A stretch of DNA of 64,000 bases from Bryobacterales bacterium. Its GTDB lineage: Bacteria > Acidobacteriota > Terriglobia > Bryobacterales > Bryobacteraceae. A model generated the notes under the pieces. It made no database searches and was not told the origin of the DNA. It worked only from the letters and a program-made list of their open reading frames with translations. This document shows positions 38,213 to 48,831 of this stretch, in pieces (positions within the stretch are counted from its first letter, which is position 1; each line of letters begins with the position of its first letter). A program made the translations under genes and the position numbers. The DNA is taken from NCBI GenBank assembly GCA_963795925.1, contig CAWCJP010000012.1, positions 127,761 to 191,760 on the forward strand. Reading direction: 5' to 3'.

Positions 38213-39486
38213 TTGGCAAGCACCACGTTGTCGCTCGAGCAGGAGAAGAACCCCTGGCTGGCCGCGGAAGCCCGCTTTGACGAGGCTGCCACCCGCCTCA
38301 ATCTGGACGATGGCCTGCGCAAGGTCCTGCGCACTTCCGCCAAGGAAATCACCGTCCACATCCCCGTGCAATTGGACGATGGCCGCCTGGAAGTCTTCAC
38401 CGGCTACCGCGTCCAGCATTCCATCGCGCGCGGCCCCGGCAAAGGCGGTATTCGCTTCGCGCCCGACGTCACGCTCGATGAGGTGCGCGCCCTGGCCTCC
38501 TGGATGACTTGGAAATGCGCGGTCGTCAACATCCCTTTCGGCGGCGCCAAGGGCGGCGTGATCTGCGATCCCAACATCATGTCCATGGTCGAACTGGAAC
38601 GACTCACGCGCCGCTACACCTCCGAGATCATGGAGTTCCTGGGTCCCGAGCGCGATGTGCCCGCGCCGGACGTCAACACCAACGAAAAAGTGATGGCGTG
38701 GATCATGGATACCTATTCGATGCACGCCCGCCACACGGTGACCGCCGTGGTCACCGGCAAGCCCATGGCGCTGGGCGGCTCGCGCGGGCGTCCCGGAAGC
38801 CACCGGCCGCGGCTGCCTGATCGTTTCGCTCGAAGCCTTGAAGCGCTTTCAAAAGCCGCGCACCGCCACCAGCGTGGTGATTCAGGGATTCGGCAACGTG
38901 GGCGGCATGGCGGCCAAGCTGATGTCCCGCGAAGGCTTCAAAATCATCTGCATCATCGAATACGACGGCGCCGTGTACAACCGCAACGGGCTTGATACGC
39001 GCGCGCTCTTCGAGCATCGCGAGGAAACCGGCTCCATCCGCGATTTCTCCGGGCGGCGAAGCCATCGATCCCGCCGAAGCCATGTTTCTGCCCTGCGACA
39101 TCCTGCTGCCCGCCGCCCACGAGAACGTGATCACTTCGCAGAACGCCGACAAGCTGCGCTGCAAGATTCTTTGCGAAGGCGCCAACGGCCCCACCACTTC
39201 GGTCGCCGACCAGATTCTGGCCGACAAGAAGATCTTCGTGATTCCCGACATCCTGGCCAATGCCGGCGGCGTCACCGTGTCTTATTTCGAATGGGTGCAG
39301 GACCGCCAGGGCTTCTTCTGGAATGAGCAAACGGTGAACAAGCAGTTGGAAGAAATCATGGTGGATAGTTTCGGCGCGGTGGTGGAATATGCCGCCAAGC
39401 ACGGCGTAAACAACCGCACCGCCGCCTATATGCTCGCGCTCGACCGGGTGGCCGAGGCCATCAGGTTGCGCGGGATTTATGCGTGA
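38213..39486 (+). pseudogene. gdhA: Glu/Leu/Phe/Val-family glutamate dehydrogenase; two 1-nt insertions (c-run 38792-38794, g-run 39051-39053)
   Basis: [39 protein letters not shown]; GGSRGRP|[15 protein letters not shown]...[16 protein letters not shown]; DFSG|[21 protein letters not shown]...CEGANGPTT...[23 protein letters not shown] 38213 lies 9 nt after GGAGG; ATG 38183 and 38192 are alternative starts. Confidence 0.85.
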
Positions 39487-39644
39487 CCCCAATCGACCGA
39501 GCCGCGACTGTAAGTAAGCCGGTCCTGAGACAGCGCCGCAACACGCAGCAGCTTCGGGAACTTGCAAGGCTTAGGAAAAAGGCGCAGAATGGCTGAGGAG
39601 GGATTTGCGAAAAAGCGGCGGTCCGAGGGTGTGTAAGGAAGCCA

Positions 39645-39878
39645 ATGAAGCCTGAACAACTCCAACTGATCGCGGTGGCCGTTGGGCCAGTTGCCACGCT
39701 GATAGTAGTATTTCTGGGAGTGCTCTTTCAAAACCGCCACGTGGATACGCGGATTGGCGACCTGAAAGAGCTCCTGCGAGCGGACATGCGCGCCAACCAG
39801 TCGGAATTGATGGTTAAGTTCGCCGAATTGGACAACCGGCTCTCGCGCCTGGAAGGCGAGCGAAGGATAGTCCAGTAG
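39645..39878 (+). CDS. hypothetical small membrane-anchored coiled-coil protein
   Basis: 77 aa with an AAGGAAG ribosome-binding site. N-terminal TM helix LIAVAVGPVATLIVVFLGVLF, then a heptad-like tail. Confidence 0.4.
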   Translation: MKPEQLQLIAVAVGPVATLIVVFLGVLFQNRHVDTRIGDLKELLRADMRANQSELMVKFAELDNRLSRLEGERRIVQ

Positions 39879-40054
39879 TCGTTCGGAAAGAACTGCGCAT
39901 TCGCCCGTCATGTCCGCTGATCCTTCACTGAATCCGCGACGGCGTCCGCCGAGCAGCGCCGTCACCTCTCCGGACACCGGATATCGTCCGCGCTGGGTGC
40001 CGCGCGGGCCAATGGTGGCCCCCGTTGCATGCGACGCCCGCGAGCTGACCGCCG

Positions 40055-42652
40055 ATGGCTGATTCCTCCACGCCGCTGATGCGGCAATATCACGCCCTCA
40101 AGCAGCAGGCGCCGAATGCCCTTCTGATGTTCCGCCTGGGCGATTTCTACGAGATGTTTTTCGAGGACGCCATCCTGGCTGCGCGTGAACTCGAGATCAC
40201 CCTCACCTCCCGCAACAAGGAGAAAGGGCCGCCATCCCCATGTGCGGCGTTCCTTATCACGCCGCCAACGGCTACATCGCGCGGCTCATCCAAAAAGGCC
40301 ACCGCGTAGCCATCTGCGACCAGATGGAAGATCCCGCGGTGGCCAAGAAGCTGGTCAGGCGCGAGATCACGCGCGTGGTCACGCCCGGCACCGCTACGGA
40401 TTCGCTCGCCCTGCGCTCGCATGAGAACAATTACCTGGCGGCTGTTTCACGCCTGGGCAACCGCGCCGGCGTGGCGCATGTGGATGTCTCGACCGGCGAA
40501 TTCCGCGTCACGGAAATGGATGCCGCCGACGTCGCGGCCGCCATCGAGCAGCTTGGCGCGCGCGAAGTGCTGTTCCCCGCCGAACTGCCATTGCTCGCGG
40601 GCGATGAGCAAGGCCCGCGTTATCTGCGCACCGAACTCGAAGACTGGATCTTCAGCTTCGATTACGCCGACCGCACGCTGCGCGACCATTTCCATCTGCT
40701 CTCGCTCGATGGCTGCGGCCTGGCCAACCGGCAGGCGGCGGTGTGCGCGGCCGGCGCCATCCTGCATTACCTGCGCGAAACGCAGCGCGCCGCGCTCGAA
40801 CATCTCGACCGTCCCGCGCACTACGATCGCGCCGAAAGCATGGTGCTCGACGCGGTGACCATACGCAACCTGGAACTGGTCGGACCCGTTGTTCGCGGGC
40901 GAGCGCGCAGGACGCCACGCTGCTCCACGTCCTCGACCAGACCCAGACCGGCATGGGCGGCCGTCTGCTGCGCCAGCGCCTGCTGCGCCCGTCGCTCGAC
41001 CGCGCCGAAATCGAGGGCCGCCTGGATGCCGTCGGCGAACTGCTGCAGCAGACCATCCTGCGCGCGGAATTGCGCAAGCAGTTGAGCGGCATTCTGGATA
41101 TCGAGCGGCTGCTGGCCAAGATCACCATGGGGGTGGCCAATCCGCGGGATGTGCTGGCGCTTGGCCGCTCGCTCGAAAAAATTCCCGCGCTGAAAGCCGC
41201 GTTCGAGACGCAGCGCGCCGCCCGCCTCCGCGATTTGCACGCGCGTCTCGATGAGGTGGCCGAGGCGCGCGACCGCATCTTGCAATCCATCGCCGATGAG
41301 CCGCCCATCAACCTGGCGGATGGCGGCACCATCCGCGCCGGCTGCAATGCCGAGCTCGATGAGTTGCGCGATCTGAGCCGCAATGGCAAGCAGGTGATCG
41401 CGCAGATTGAGGCCCGCGAGCGCACCCGCACCGGCATCCAGTCGCTGAAGGTCCGGTTTAACAATGTCTTCGGCTATTACATCGAGATCTCCAGCGCCAA
41501 TCAGCACCTGGCGCCCGCCGACTATGAGCGCAAGCAGACCCTGGTGAACGCCGAGCGCTTCACCACTCCGGAGCTGAAGGACTACGAGCGCAAAGTCCTG
41601 GATGCAGAAGACAAGATCCTCACTCTCGAAAAAGAGCTGTTCGCCGAACTGCGCAAGTTTTCCGCCGCGCACGCGCAACGCATTCGCGCGACCGCCGCGG
41701 CCATCGCCGAAATCGACGTGACCGCCGCGCTCGCGCAGGTGGCCGCGGAGAATCGCTACGCGCGTCCTACGTTTTCCGATGACGGCGAGATGCGCATCCT
41801 GGCCGGCCGGCATCCCGTGATCGAGCGTCTTGCCGAGCAGGAAGCCGGGCGTTTCATTCCCAACGACCTTTATCTCAACTCGAACACCGACCTGATCGCC
41901 ATCATCACCGGGCCCAACATGGGCGGCAAGTCCACTTATTTGCGGCAGGCCGCGCTGATCGCCATCCTGGCGCAGATGGGATCTTACGTGCCCGCCGATT
42001 CTGCCAGCCTGCCGTTGATCGACCGCATCTTCACGCGCATCGGCGCTTCCGACAATCTGGCGCGCGGCCGCTCCACGTTTATGGTCGAGATGACGGAGAC
42101 GGCCGTGATTCTGAATACCGCCACGCCGCGCAGCTTCATCGTGCTCGACGAAATCGGCGCGGCACCGCGACCTACGATGGGCTGGCGCTGGCCTGGGCGG
42201 TGGTGGAGCATATCCACGCTCGCACGCGCGCCAAGACTTTGTTCGCCACGCATTACCACGAGCTGACCGAATTGGCCGAGCAGCTTGAGGGCATCCGCAA
42301 CCTGAGCGTCTCGGTGAAGGAAGCGGGAGACCGCATCATTTTTCTGCGCAAAGTCGAGCCGGGCAAGGCGGACCGCAGCTACGGCATCGAAGTCGCGCGG
42401 CTGGCCGGGCTGCCTTTGCGGGTGATCGAGCGCGCGAGCGAAGTGCTGCGGCTGCACGAACGTACCGGACACGTGGTCAGTGAAGAGCTTTCCCCCGCGC
42501 TCGCGCAGCCGGTGCAGATCCAGCTTTTCGAGCCGCTGAATTACGGCATCGCCGAGCGTATCCGCAATCTGAATATCGACGAACTGCGGCCCATCGAAGC
42601 GCTGCGCCTGCTCGCGGAATTGCAGGACGAATTGAGGCGCTTGTGCGTGTAG
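40055..42652 (+). pseudogene. mutS: DNA mismatch repair protein MutS; frame broken at about 40235, about 40880-40905 (two steps) and about 42158
   Basis: [34 protein letters not shown]; [30 protein letters not shown]; [24 protein letters not shown]; Walker [14 protein letters not shown]; STFMVEMTE; LDEIG|[20 protein letters not shown]...[10 protein letters not shown]. These lie in four frame segments. Confidence 0.9.
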
Positions 42653-43698
42653 CCGGAGTGATGAGCGGCACGTCGCTCGACGGCATCGACGTGGCCATCG
42701 TCGAGATCCAAGGCCGCCGAATTTCAACCCTGGGCTTCCAGTCCACGCCGTATTCCGAGGAGGTGCGCCGCGCGATTCTGGGCGTCTCGAACCGAACGAC
42801 TACCACGCGCGAGATCTCGCGGATCGATTTTCTGCTAGGCGAGCTCTACGCGCGCGCCGTGATCCGCGCGTGCCGCCGCTACGGTCCGGTGGAGCTGATC
42901 GGATGCCACGGCCAGACCATTTATCATGAAGGCGGCGCCAGCACATTGCAGATCGGCGAGGCGGCGGTCATCGCGGAGCGCACCGGTGTTCCAGTGGTCT
43001 CCGATTTCCGCCCGCGCGACATCGCTGCCGGAGGGCAGGGCGCGCCGCTGGTTCCCTTCGCCGACTGCTTGTTGTTCGGCGGTTCACGCCGCCGCCGCGT
43101 GGCGCTCAACATTGGCGGGATCGCGAATATCACGGTCATCCCGAATGGCATCGCATTCGATACGGGCCCCGGCAATATGGCGATCGATGCGCTGGCGCGC
43201 GAAGCGACCGGTGGCCGGCAGAATTTCGATCGGGGCGGCCGCATCGCCGCGCGGGGAATTGTAAATCGCGCGCTGCTCGACCGCCTGCTGGCCGATCCGT
43301 ATTACCGCAAAAAGCCGCCCAAGAGCGCCGGCCGCGAACAATACGGCGAGGACTTCGTGGCGGGGCTAAAGCAGACCGGCTTGCCCCTCGCGGACCTGAT
43401 TTCGACCGTTACCGTGCTTACCGCCGCCACCATCGCGATGGCGGTCGCGCCGTTCGCGCCGGATGAGTTGATCGTCTCGGGAGGAGGCGCGCACAATCCG
43501 CGGATTCTCGCGCACATTGCGGCGTTCCTGCCAGACGTGGCGCTGGCGACCTCCGCGGATTACGGCATCCATGTGGACGCCAAAGAAGCCATCGCCTTCG
43601 CCGTTCTGGCCTATCGGACGTGGCGCCGCAAGCCAGGCAACTTGCCCTCGGCGACCGGCGCGCGCCGCGCGGTGATCTTGGGGAAGATTACGCCTTGA
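42643..43698 (+). CDS. anmK: anhydro-N-acetylmuramic acid kinase
   Basis: 351 aa, intact. [20 protein letters not shown]...CHGQTIYH...[19 protein letters not shown]...NIGGIANI...[11 protein letters not shown]. The GTG start overlaps the mutS end. Confidence 0.9.
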   Translation: MRVAGVMSGTSLDGIDVAIVEIQGRRISTLGFQSTPYSEEVRRAILGVSNRTTTTREISRIDFLLGELYARAVIRACRRYGPVELIGCHGQTIYHEGGASTLQIGEAAVIAERTGVPVVSDFRPRDIAAGGQGAPLVPFADCLLFGGSRRRRVALNIGGIANITVIPNGIAFDTGPGNMAIDALAREATGGRQNFDRGGRIAARGIVNRALLDRLLADPYYRKKPPKSAGREQYGEDFVAGLKQTGLPLADLISTVTVLTAATIAMAVAPFAPDELIVSGGGAHNPRILAHIAAFLPDVALATSADYGIHVDAKEAIAFAVLAYRTWRRKPGNLPSATGARRAVILGKITP

Positions 43699-43714
43699 CG
43701 CGCGGATAAGCCGG

Positions 43715-45067
43715 CTACTTCCCGATACAGAATGTCGAGAAGATGCGGTTGAGGATGTCGTCGGCGGTAGTTGCGCCCGTGATCGCGTCGATGGGGCGGA
43801 GGGCACTGCAGAGATCCAGCAGCAGCATCTCGTGCGGAATATTCTGGGCCACGGCCTCGGCCGCCTTTCGTAAAAACTCCAGCGATTCGCGCAGCAGCCT
43901 TTCATGCCGCAGGCTGGTGATGAAGCCGGTCTCCGTCTCTACGCCCTCCGCCGGCGCCACGGCGCGGAACACGGCTTCCCGCAGAGCGTCGATGCCCTCG
44001 CCCGTGAGCGCCGAGACCGGATGCGTGCCATCCAGAGGCTCCCCGTAACGCGGCAGGTCGCACTTGTTGCCCACCAGTATCGAGCGCCCCTGCGCGCGGG
44101 CGCGCGCTATCAGATCGCGATCCTCCGCCGCAACCGGCGCCGAAAGATCCACCACCACCAGCGTCAGATCCGCGTCTGCCATGGCCTGAAAACTGCGCTC
44201 TATGCCCAGCGTCTCGACCAGCCCCTGGCCTTCGCGAATGCCGGCGGTATCGAACAGCTTTACCGGAATACCGTGGATGGCGGCTACTTCGGACACTACA
44301 TCGCGCGTGGTGCCGGGAATATCGGTGACAATGGCGCGGTCCTGCTCCAGCAGGCGGTTGAAGAGGCTGCTCTTGCCCACGTTCGGCCGTCCGACGATGG
44401 CCAGTGTCAGCCCGGCGCGCACCAGCCCGCCAAAAGCGAAGCTTTCGGCCAGCTTCGAGACGCCCTCGATGACCGGCGCCAGCCGCCGCAGAATGTCCGC
44501 CGGCGGCGCCACGCTGACGTCGTCCTCCGCGAAATCGATGCCCGCTTCGAGCAGTGCGATCAATTCGAGCAGTTGCTCCTTAAGCGGCGCGATGCGGCGC
44601 GAAACCGAACCGCCGGCCTGCTGCGCGGCGATGCGCGCCTGATAGAGCGTGGTGGCTTCGATCAGATCGCGCACGGCTTCTGCCTGCGGCAGATCGATGC
44701 GACCGTTCAAATATGCGCGTAGCGTGAACTCGCCCGGCTCCGCGAGGCGCGCGCCCGCGTCAATCGCCAGCGTCAGTGCGTGGCGCAGGACTACTGGCGC
44801 GCCGTGGCATGAAATCTCCACGACGTCTTCGGCGGTGTAGGAGCGTGGCCGCGCGAAAAACGCCACCACTACGCGGTCCACGGCGTGGCTTTCGGCGTCC
44901 ACCAAATCCGCCATCTGGCACGACCAGGAACGCCAATCAGACGCCGCCGCGAAACGGAGCATGTGTCCTGCGATGTCTCGCGCCCGCGCTCCAGACAGCC
45001 GCACCACTCCCAGCCCGCTGCGCCCGCTGGGAGTGGAAATCGCAACGATGGTGTCGGTAAGGTTCAA
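43715..45067 (-). CDS. mnmE: tRNA uridine-5-carboxymethylaminomethyl modification GTPase MnmE
   Basis: 450 aa, intact. [22 protein letters not shown]...; G domain [31 protein letters not shown]; C-terminal FCIGK. Confidence 0.95.
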   Translation of the reverse strand: MNLTDTIVAISTPSGRSGLGVVRLSGARARDIAGHMLRFAAASDWRSWSCQMADLVDAESHAVDRVVVAFFARPRSYTAEDVVEISCHGAPVVLRHALTLAIDAGARLAEPGEFTLRAYLNGRIDLPQAEAVRDLIEATTLYQARIAAQQAGGSVSRRIAPLKEQLLELIALLEAGIDFAEDDVSVAPPADILRRLAPVIEGVSKLAESFAFGGLVRAGLTLAIVGRPNVGKSSLFNRLLEQDRAIVTDIPGTTRDVVSEVAAIHGIPVKLFDTAGIREGQGLVETLGIERSFQAMADADLTLVVVDLSAPVAAEDRDLIARARAQGRSILVGNKCDLPRYGEPLDGTHPVSALTGEGIDALREAVFRAVAPAEGVETETGFITSLRHERLLRESLEFLRKAAEAVAQNIPHEMLLLDLCSALRPIDAITGATTADDILNRIFSTFCIGK

Positions 45068-45742
45068 TCAGCGCCGGGGCGCTCCGTGGGAGTCGCGCCG
45101 TGGCGGACGGCCACGCCGGTCGGATCCCCCGTGATCGCGGGAAGAATCCCGATGGCCGCCACCTCCTTGACCTCGAGCGGGCGGTCCGTCGCGCCGCGGC
45201 CCCAAGGGGCGCCCCACGGGTTGCGGTGGGTCGGGCAAGCTGGCCATCCCCGCCGGATACACCACTACGTGGCGGAATCCGCCCGAGCCGCCGCTCTCGC
45301 TGCGCACCTCGGTTTCGTTCCGCAGCGACAGGTGGATCACACGGCGCTCGCGGCTGTTCATGGGGTTAAACCGGAACGGCACTCCCGTATGCTTCACCTT
45401 CTCGGCGGCCGCCGCCGCGCTCACACGCAACTCCTCAATGCGCAGCAAGCGGTAGTCGTTGGCATCGAACGAAATGCGCGAGTGATCCTCGGAGTGCATG
45501 CGCAAGGCCTCCATGGTCACGTGCTCCAGCGCCAGCAGCAGCTCCGCGCGGTTGCCCAGCAGGTAATCCACGTCCGGGCCAGTGAATTTCACCACCACAT
45601 CGGGCGTCTCGAAGTCGTCGCCGGTGGGCTGACCGTCGGCCATGTCGAAATCCAGCCGAAACCCGCACTGATCGAGCAGGGGACGAAGGAACTGCCCGAT
45701 GCGCGGACCCACCGCCGAAACCGAATACTTGCGATCGTTCAC
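45068..45742 (-). CDS. jag: Jag/KhpB-type RNA-binding protein (KH + R3H) with an Arg/Gly-rich C-terminal tail
   Basis: 224 aa. Its position between yidC and mnmE is canonical. The R3H region reads MNSRERRVIHLSLRN. Confidence 0.8.
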   Translation of the reverse strand: MNDRKYSVSAVGPRIGQFLRPLLDQCGFRLDFDMADGQPTGDDFETPDVVVKFTGPDVDYLLGNRAELLLALEHVTMEALRMHSEDHSRISFDANDYRLLRIEELRVSAAAAAEKVKHTGVPFRFNPMNSRERRVIHLSLRNETEVRSESGGSGGFRHVVVYPAGMASLPDPPQPVGRPLGPRRDGPPARGQGGGGHRDSSRDHGGSDRRGRPPRRDSHGAPRR

Positions 45743-45745
45743 TGT

Positions 45746-47488
45746 CTACTTTCCGCCATCCTTCTTCCTCTTTGGCGGTTGCACGGATTGCGCGGCCACC
45801 GCTGCTATCGAGGTGCGATTGAAGAACAACTGCTGGGCAACGCCCACCAGGTTGCTGGTCAAATAGTATAATACCAGCCCGCTCGATAGGTTATAGAACA
45901 TGAAACCGAAGATCACGGGCATGAACTGCATCATCTTCTGCTGACTGGGATCGCCCCCTGTGGTGGTGGGGGTCATCTTCTGCATCACGAACTGGCTGAC
46001 GACCATGATGATGGGCAGCAGGTGAATGGGCAGGGTTTCCGGCTGCGATAGGTCCGTGACCCACAGCCAGCTTGCGCCGCGCATCTCCACCGACACCGAG
46101 AACACCTTATAGAACGCAATGAAGAACGGGATCTGCAGCAGCATGGGAACGCAGCCACCCATGGGATTCACGCCATGCTTTTTGTAAAGCTCCATCACTT
46201 CCTGGTTCTGATCCGCCTTCTTGGGATCACGCAGCCCCACGCCTTTGTATTTGTCGTTGATCGCGGCGATCTGCGGCTGCAGCGCCTGCATCTTTTTCAT
46301 CGACTTCATGCTGGTGATCTTCAGCGGGAACAGCACGAAGTTCAACGCGATGGTGACCAGGATGATAGCCCAGCCATACCTGTGATCGGCGTGGTCTGCA
46401 ATCCAATTCACGATCAGGAACAGCGGCTTGGCCAGAAGGCTGAGCCAGCCGAAATCCACCACTTGTTCCAGCTTGGGATTGACCCCGCGCAGAATGTCGA
46501 TATCCTTAGGACCCACATACAGCGAGAAGCGGTTCGGCGGGCCATCGCTGACTGCCGCGCCGGCGAACGGCAGCTCCTTTGTTTCGAGGGGGGTGGGGGA
46601 ATTGTCGCTGAAGGTGGTTACGGCGACGGTGGCGCCGCGCTCGGGCAGAAATGCGGCCACAAAGTACTGATCCTCGATGCCGGCAAAAGAATAGTTGCCC
46701 CGCACGGTGACGGGAGCGTCTTTGGCTGCCTTTGCGCCGCTCTTCACCAACTTGGCGTCGCTCGTATCGAAGCGCAGGGTTTGTTGGGCGGCAGCCGGAT
46801 TTCCCACCAGCATATCGCCGAATCCGCCCCGCCATTCGATCTCATGCGGCAGCGGGGATCCACCCTGCGTCACTTCCGTGGTTACGTCCAGCAGATAGCT
46901 GGATTTCTGGAACTGAAAGGATTTGTGCGCCACCACGAGACCATTTGAATAATCGAAAGTGATGGCGAGGCCATCGGCGTGGACTTCGTACAGCGCCTGG
47001 TTGAGGTCCACGGCGGGCTTTTGACCGGGAAAGTAGAGCGCGGCCGGCGGGTCGGCGTGCGATGCGGCGTTGACCAGCTCCTGCGGCGTCCCGCTGTGCG
47101 TTTTGTAGTTTTTCAGCAGCCAGCTTTTTACCACGCCGCCCCGATTGCTGAACGTGACCCGAAACAGATCGGTATCGACGGTGGTGGTTTCTTCTTTTTT
47201 CGCGGCGATCGGAGGCGCGGTGGTCTCCGAGGCGGGCGCGGCGGCCGGTACTCCCGCTTCTGCCGGCGTGGCCGGCGCGGTAGGCGCGCCGGGCGCGGGC
47301 GGCTCAATCTGCGTGGCTGCCGGAACCGCCTTTTTCACCGGCGGGGGCGCTACCGTTTTGTAAAAATATGGCGTAACGAACAAGACCACGCCCATCAGGA
47401 TAAATGCGAGCAACAGCCGCAGTTCCATAGACAATTCTTTGGGTTTTTCGGGACCGCGAGGTGTTCCGCCGCTAGTAGGTTCGGCCAT
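45746..47488 (-). CDS. yidC: membrane protein insertase YidC
   Basis: 580 aa, intact. WLSLLAKPLFLIVNWI...GWAIILVTIALNFVLFPL...KMQALQPQIAAINDKYK...NPMGGCVPMLLQIPFFIAFY...LVLYYLTSNLVGVAQQ. Confidence 0.95.
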   Translation of the reverse strand: MAEPTSGGTPRGPEKPKELSMELRLLLAFILMGVVLFVTPYFYKTVAPPPVKKAVPAATQIEPPAPGAPTAPATPAEAGVPAAAPASETTAPPIAAKKEETTTVDTDLFRVTFSNRGGVVKSWLLKNYKTHSGTPQELVNAASHADPPAALYFPGQKPAVDLNQALYEVHADGLAITFDYSNGLVVAHKSFQFQKSSYLLDVTTEVTQGGSPLPHEIEWRGGFGDMLVGNPAAAQQTLRFDTSDAKLVKSGAKAAKDAPVTVRGNYSFAGIEDQYFVAAFLPERGATVAVTTFSDNSPTPLETKELPFAGAAVSDGPPNRFSLYVGPKDIDILRGVNPKLEQVVDFGWLSLLAKPLFLIVNWIADHADHRYGWAIILVTIALNFVLFPLKITSMKSMKKMQALQPQIAAINDKYKGVGLRDPKKADQNQEVMELYKKHGVNPMGGCVPMLLQIPFFIAFYKVFSVSVEMRGASWLWVTDLSQPETLPIHLLPIIMVVSQFVMQKMTPTTTGGDPSQQKMMQFMPVIFGFMFYNLSSGLVLYYLTSNLVGVAQQLFFNRTSIAAVAAQSVQPPKRKKDGGK

Positions 47489-47517
47489 TCTGTTTTAGTC
47501 TTCCAGGCGCTGCCGGT

Positions 47518-47727
47518 TTACCGGACGGGATCGACACCGCCCGCATGAAAGGGATGGCACTTCACCAGCCGCTTGGTCCCCATCCAGACGCCCCGCCACG
47601 CTCCATACTTCTCGACCGCCTGCAACATGTATTCCGAGCAAGTCGGGTGGAACCGGCAGGCCGAAGGCAGCAGCGGCGAAATGCACATCCGATAGAAACG
47701 CAGCACCGCTATTACGACCCATTGCAT
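47518..47727 (-). CDS. yidD: membrane protein insertion efficiency factor YidD
   Basis: MQWVVIAVLRFYRMCISPLLPSACRFHPTCSEYMLQAVEKYGAWRGVWMGTKRLVKCHPFHAGGVDPV. I prefer the internal ATG 47727 over the ORF-track start. Confidence 0.85.
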   Translation of the reverse strand: MQWVVIAVLRFYRMCISPLLPSACRFHPTCSEYMLQAVEKYGAWRGVWMGTKRLVKCHPFHAGGVDPVR

Positions 47728-48026
47728 CGGGCGAACAGGCGTTGCACTTCCCGCTCCAGATCCGGAAACGGGACTTCCATCGCCTTGCGCCGTGGATTGA
47801 ATATGATTGACCACTCCGGCCTCAATTGTGCCAGATGCAGGCGCACGGCCTCACGCACACGCCGCCGGATACGGTTGCGCACCACCGCTTTGCCGAGCGC
47901 GCGCGGCGTTGTGAAACCGATGCGCGGCCCGCCAGCCTCCGGCTCCCGCACGCAGAACGCCGCAAAGAAGGGGCTTGAAAAGCGAGTCCCCCGGTCGTAA
48001 ACCCGGCGGAAATCGGTGGATCGCAA
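47712..48026 (-). CDS. rnpA: ribonuclease P protein component
   Basis: LRSTDFRRVYDRGTRFSSPFFAAFC...IGFTTPRALGKAVVRNRIRRRVREAV. The in-frame upstream sequence reads GFPKRVRL, so the true start may lie upstream of TTG 48026, but no canonical start codon is present there. Confidence 0.85.
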   Translation of the reverse strand: MRSTDFRRVYDRGTRFSSPFFAAFCVREPEAGGPRIGFTTPRALGKAVVRNRIRRRVREAVRLHLAQLRPEWSIIFNPRRKAMEVPFPDLEREVQRLFARCNGS

Positions 48027-48058
48027 CAGACGGACACGTTTCGGGAAACCAGGTATGC

Positions 48059-48208
48059 TTACCTCTCGGAGCTGACAGTGAGTTTGTGGCGGCCCCGCGC
48101 GCGCCGCCGCGCCAAAACGGCCCGCCCGTTCTTTGTTTCCATCCTGGAGCGGAAGCCGTGCGTCTTCGCGCGCCGGCGGTTGTTCGGTTGAAAGGTACGT
48201 TTAGGCAT
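48059..48208 (-). CDS. rpmH: 50S ribosomal protein L34
   Basis: [51 protein letters not shown] ribosome-binding site lies upstream. Confidence 0.95.
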   Translation of the reverse strand: MPKRTFQPNNRRRAKTHGFRSRMETKNGRAVLARRRARGRHKLTVSSER

Positions 48209-48225
48209 GTTACTCCAAACTTCAC

Positions 48226-48231
48226 AGTATA
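48226..48231 (-). promoter_or_regulatory. candidate -10 box TATACT for the rpmH operon
   Basis: The minus strand reads cgcgcTATACTgtgaagtttGGAGtaacATG. No convincing -35 hexamer is visible (CCCACA at 17-nt spacing). Confidence 0.3.
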
Positions 48232-48261
48232 GCGCGCCGGGGCGGCTCTGTGGGGTTCCCC

Positions 48262-48270
48262 AAACGATTC
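48262..48270. repeat. 9-bp target-site duplication AAACGATTC (left) of IS copy 2
   Basis: The identical 9-mer recurs at 50104-50112. Confidence 0.85.
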
Positions 48271-48364
48271 GGGTGCGCGACACAAAATGGAACGGCAGGG
48301 CCACTTTCTTTTTTTGTGGCCTTAAACCTAGCGTAGTAGTACGCTAGGTATTAGGAGGTTCCCA

Positions 48365-48763
48365 ATGACCGAAGCTCTTTCCGCGCTCGAAGCTCAGCGC
48401 GCGCAGACACAGTTCCAGATCAGTCGACTCGGCGATATGCGTTCTGGGTCGATTACCAGCACGGGCGGACGATGTGGCAACCCAGGGTGCCACTGCCGCC
48501 GGCCCGATGACCCGGGCCATGGCCCTTTCTATCGCTTGACCCGCAAAGTCAATGGAAAATCCGTTACGGAGACCTTTAGCACAGCGACGGCTCTGCGCAA
48601 GGCTCAGCAGGAAGTCGAAGAGTTCCATCGCTTCCGTCAGCTCGGTCACGATCTGTTGGAAGTCAACGAGAAAATCTGCAAGTTGCGGCCGGTGGAGGAC
48701 ACTTTGACCGCACAGGAAAAAAAACAGCAGAAGCGATCCAACAAGAAGTCGCCCAAGAAGTAG
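48365..48763 (+). CDS. IS orfA (copy 2)
   Basis: Translation identical to 32870-33268. Confidence 0.75.
   Translation: MTEALSALEAQRAQTQFQISRLGDMRSGSITSTGGRCGNPGCHCRRPDDPGHGPFYRLTRKVNGKSVTETFSTATALRKAQQEVEEFHRFRQLGHDLLEVNEKICKLRPVEDTLTAQEKKQQKRSNKKSPKK
48718..48724 (+). other. candidate -1 frameshift heptamer A_AAA_AAA (copy 2)
   Basis: Same A8 run (48717-48724) and same phase as in copy 1. Confidence 0.45.
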
Positions 48764-48831
48764 GTCGGACGGTACAGATCGTCCTCGGCGATTGGCATAA
48801 GACCGGCACGATCGATCTTGAGGCCGTCGAG

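Noticed and set aside
39910-40062. 50-aa ORF (MSADPSLNPRRRPPSS...) overlapping the mutS start.
   Set aside because: It is Pro/Arg-rich with no ribosome-binding site, and it overlaps the well-supported mutS ATG out of frame.
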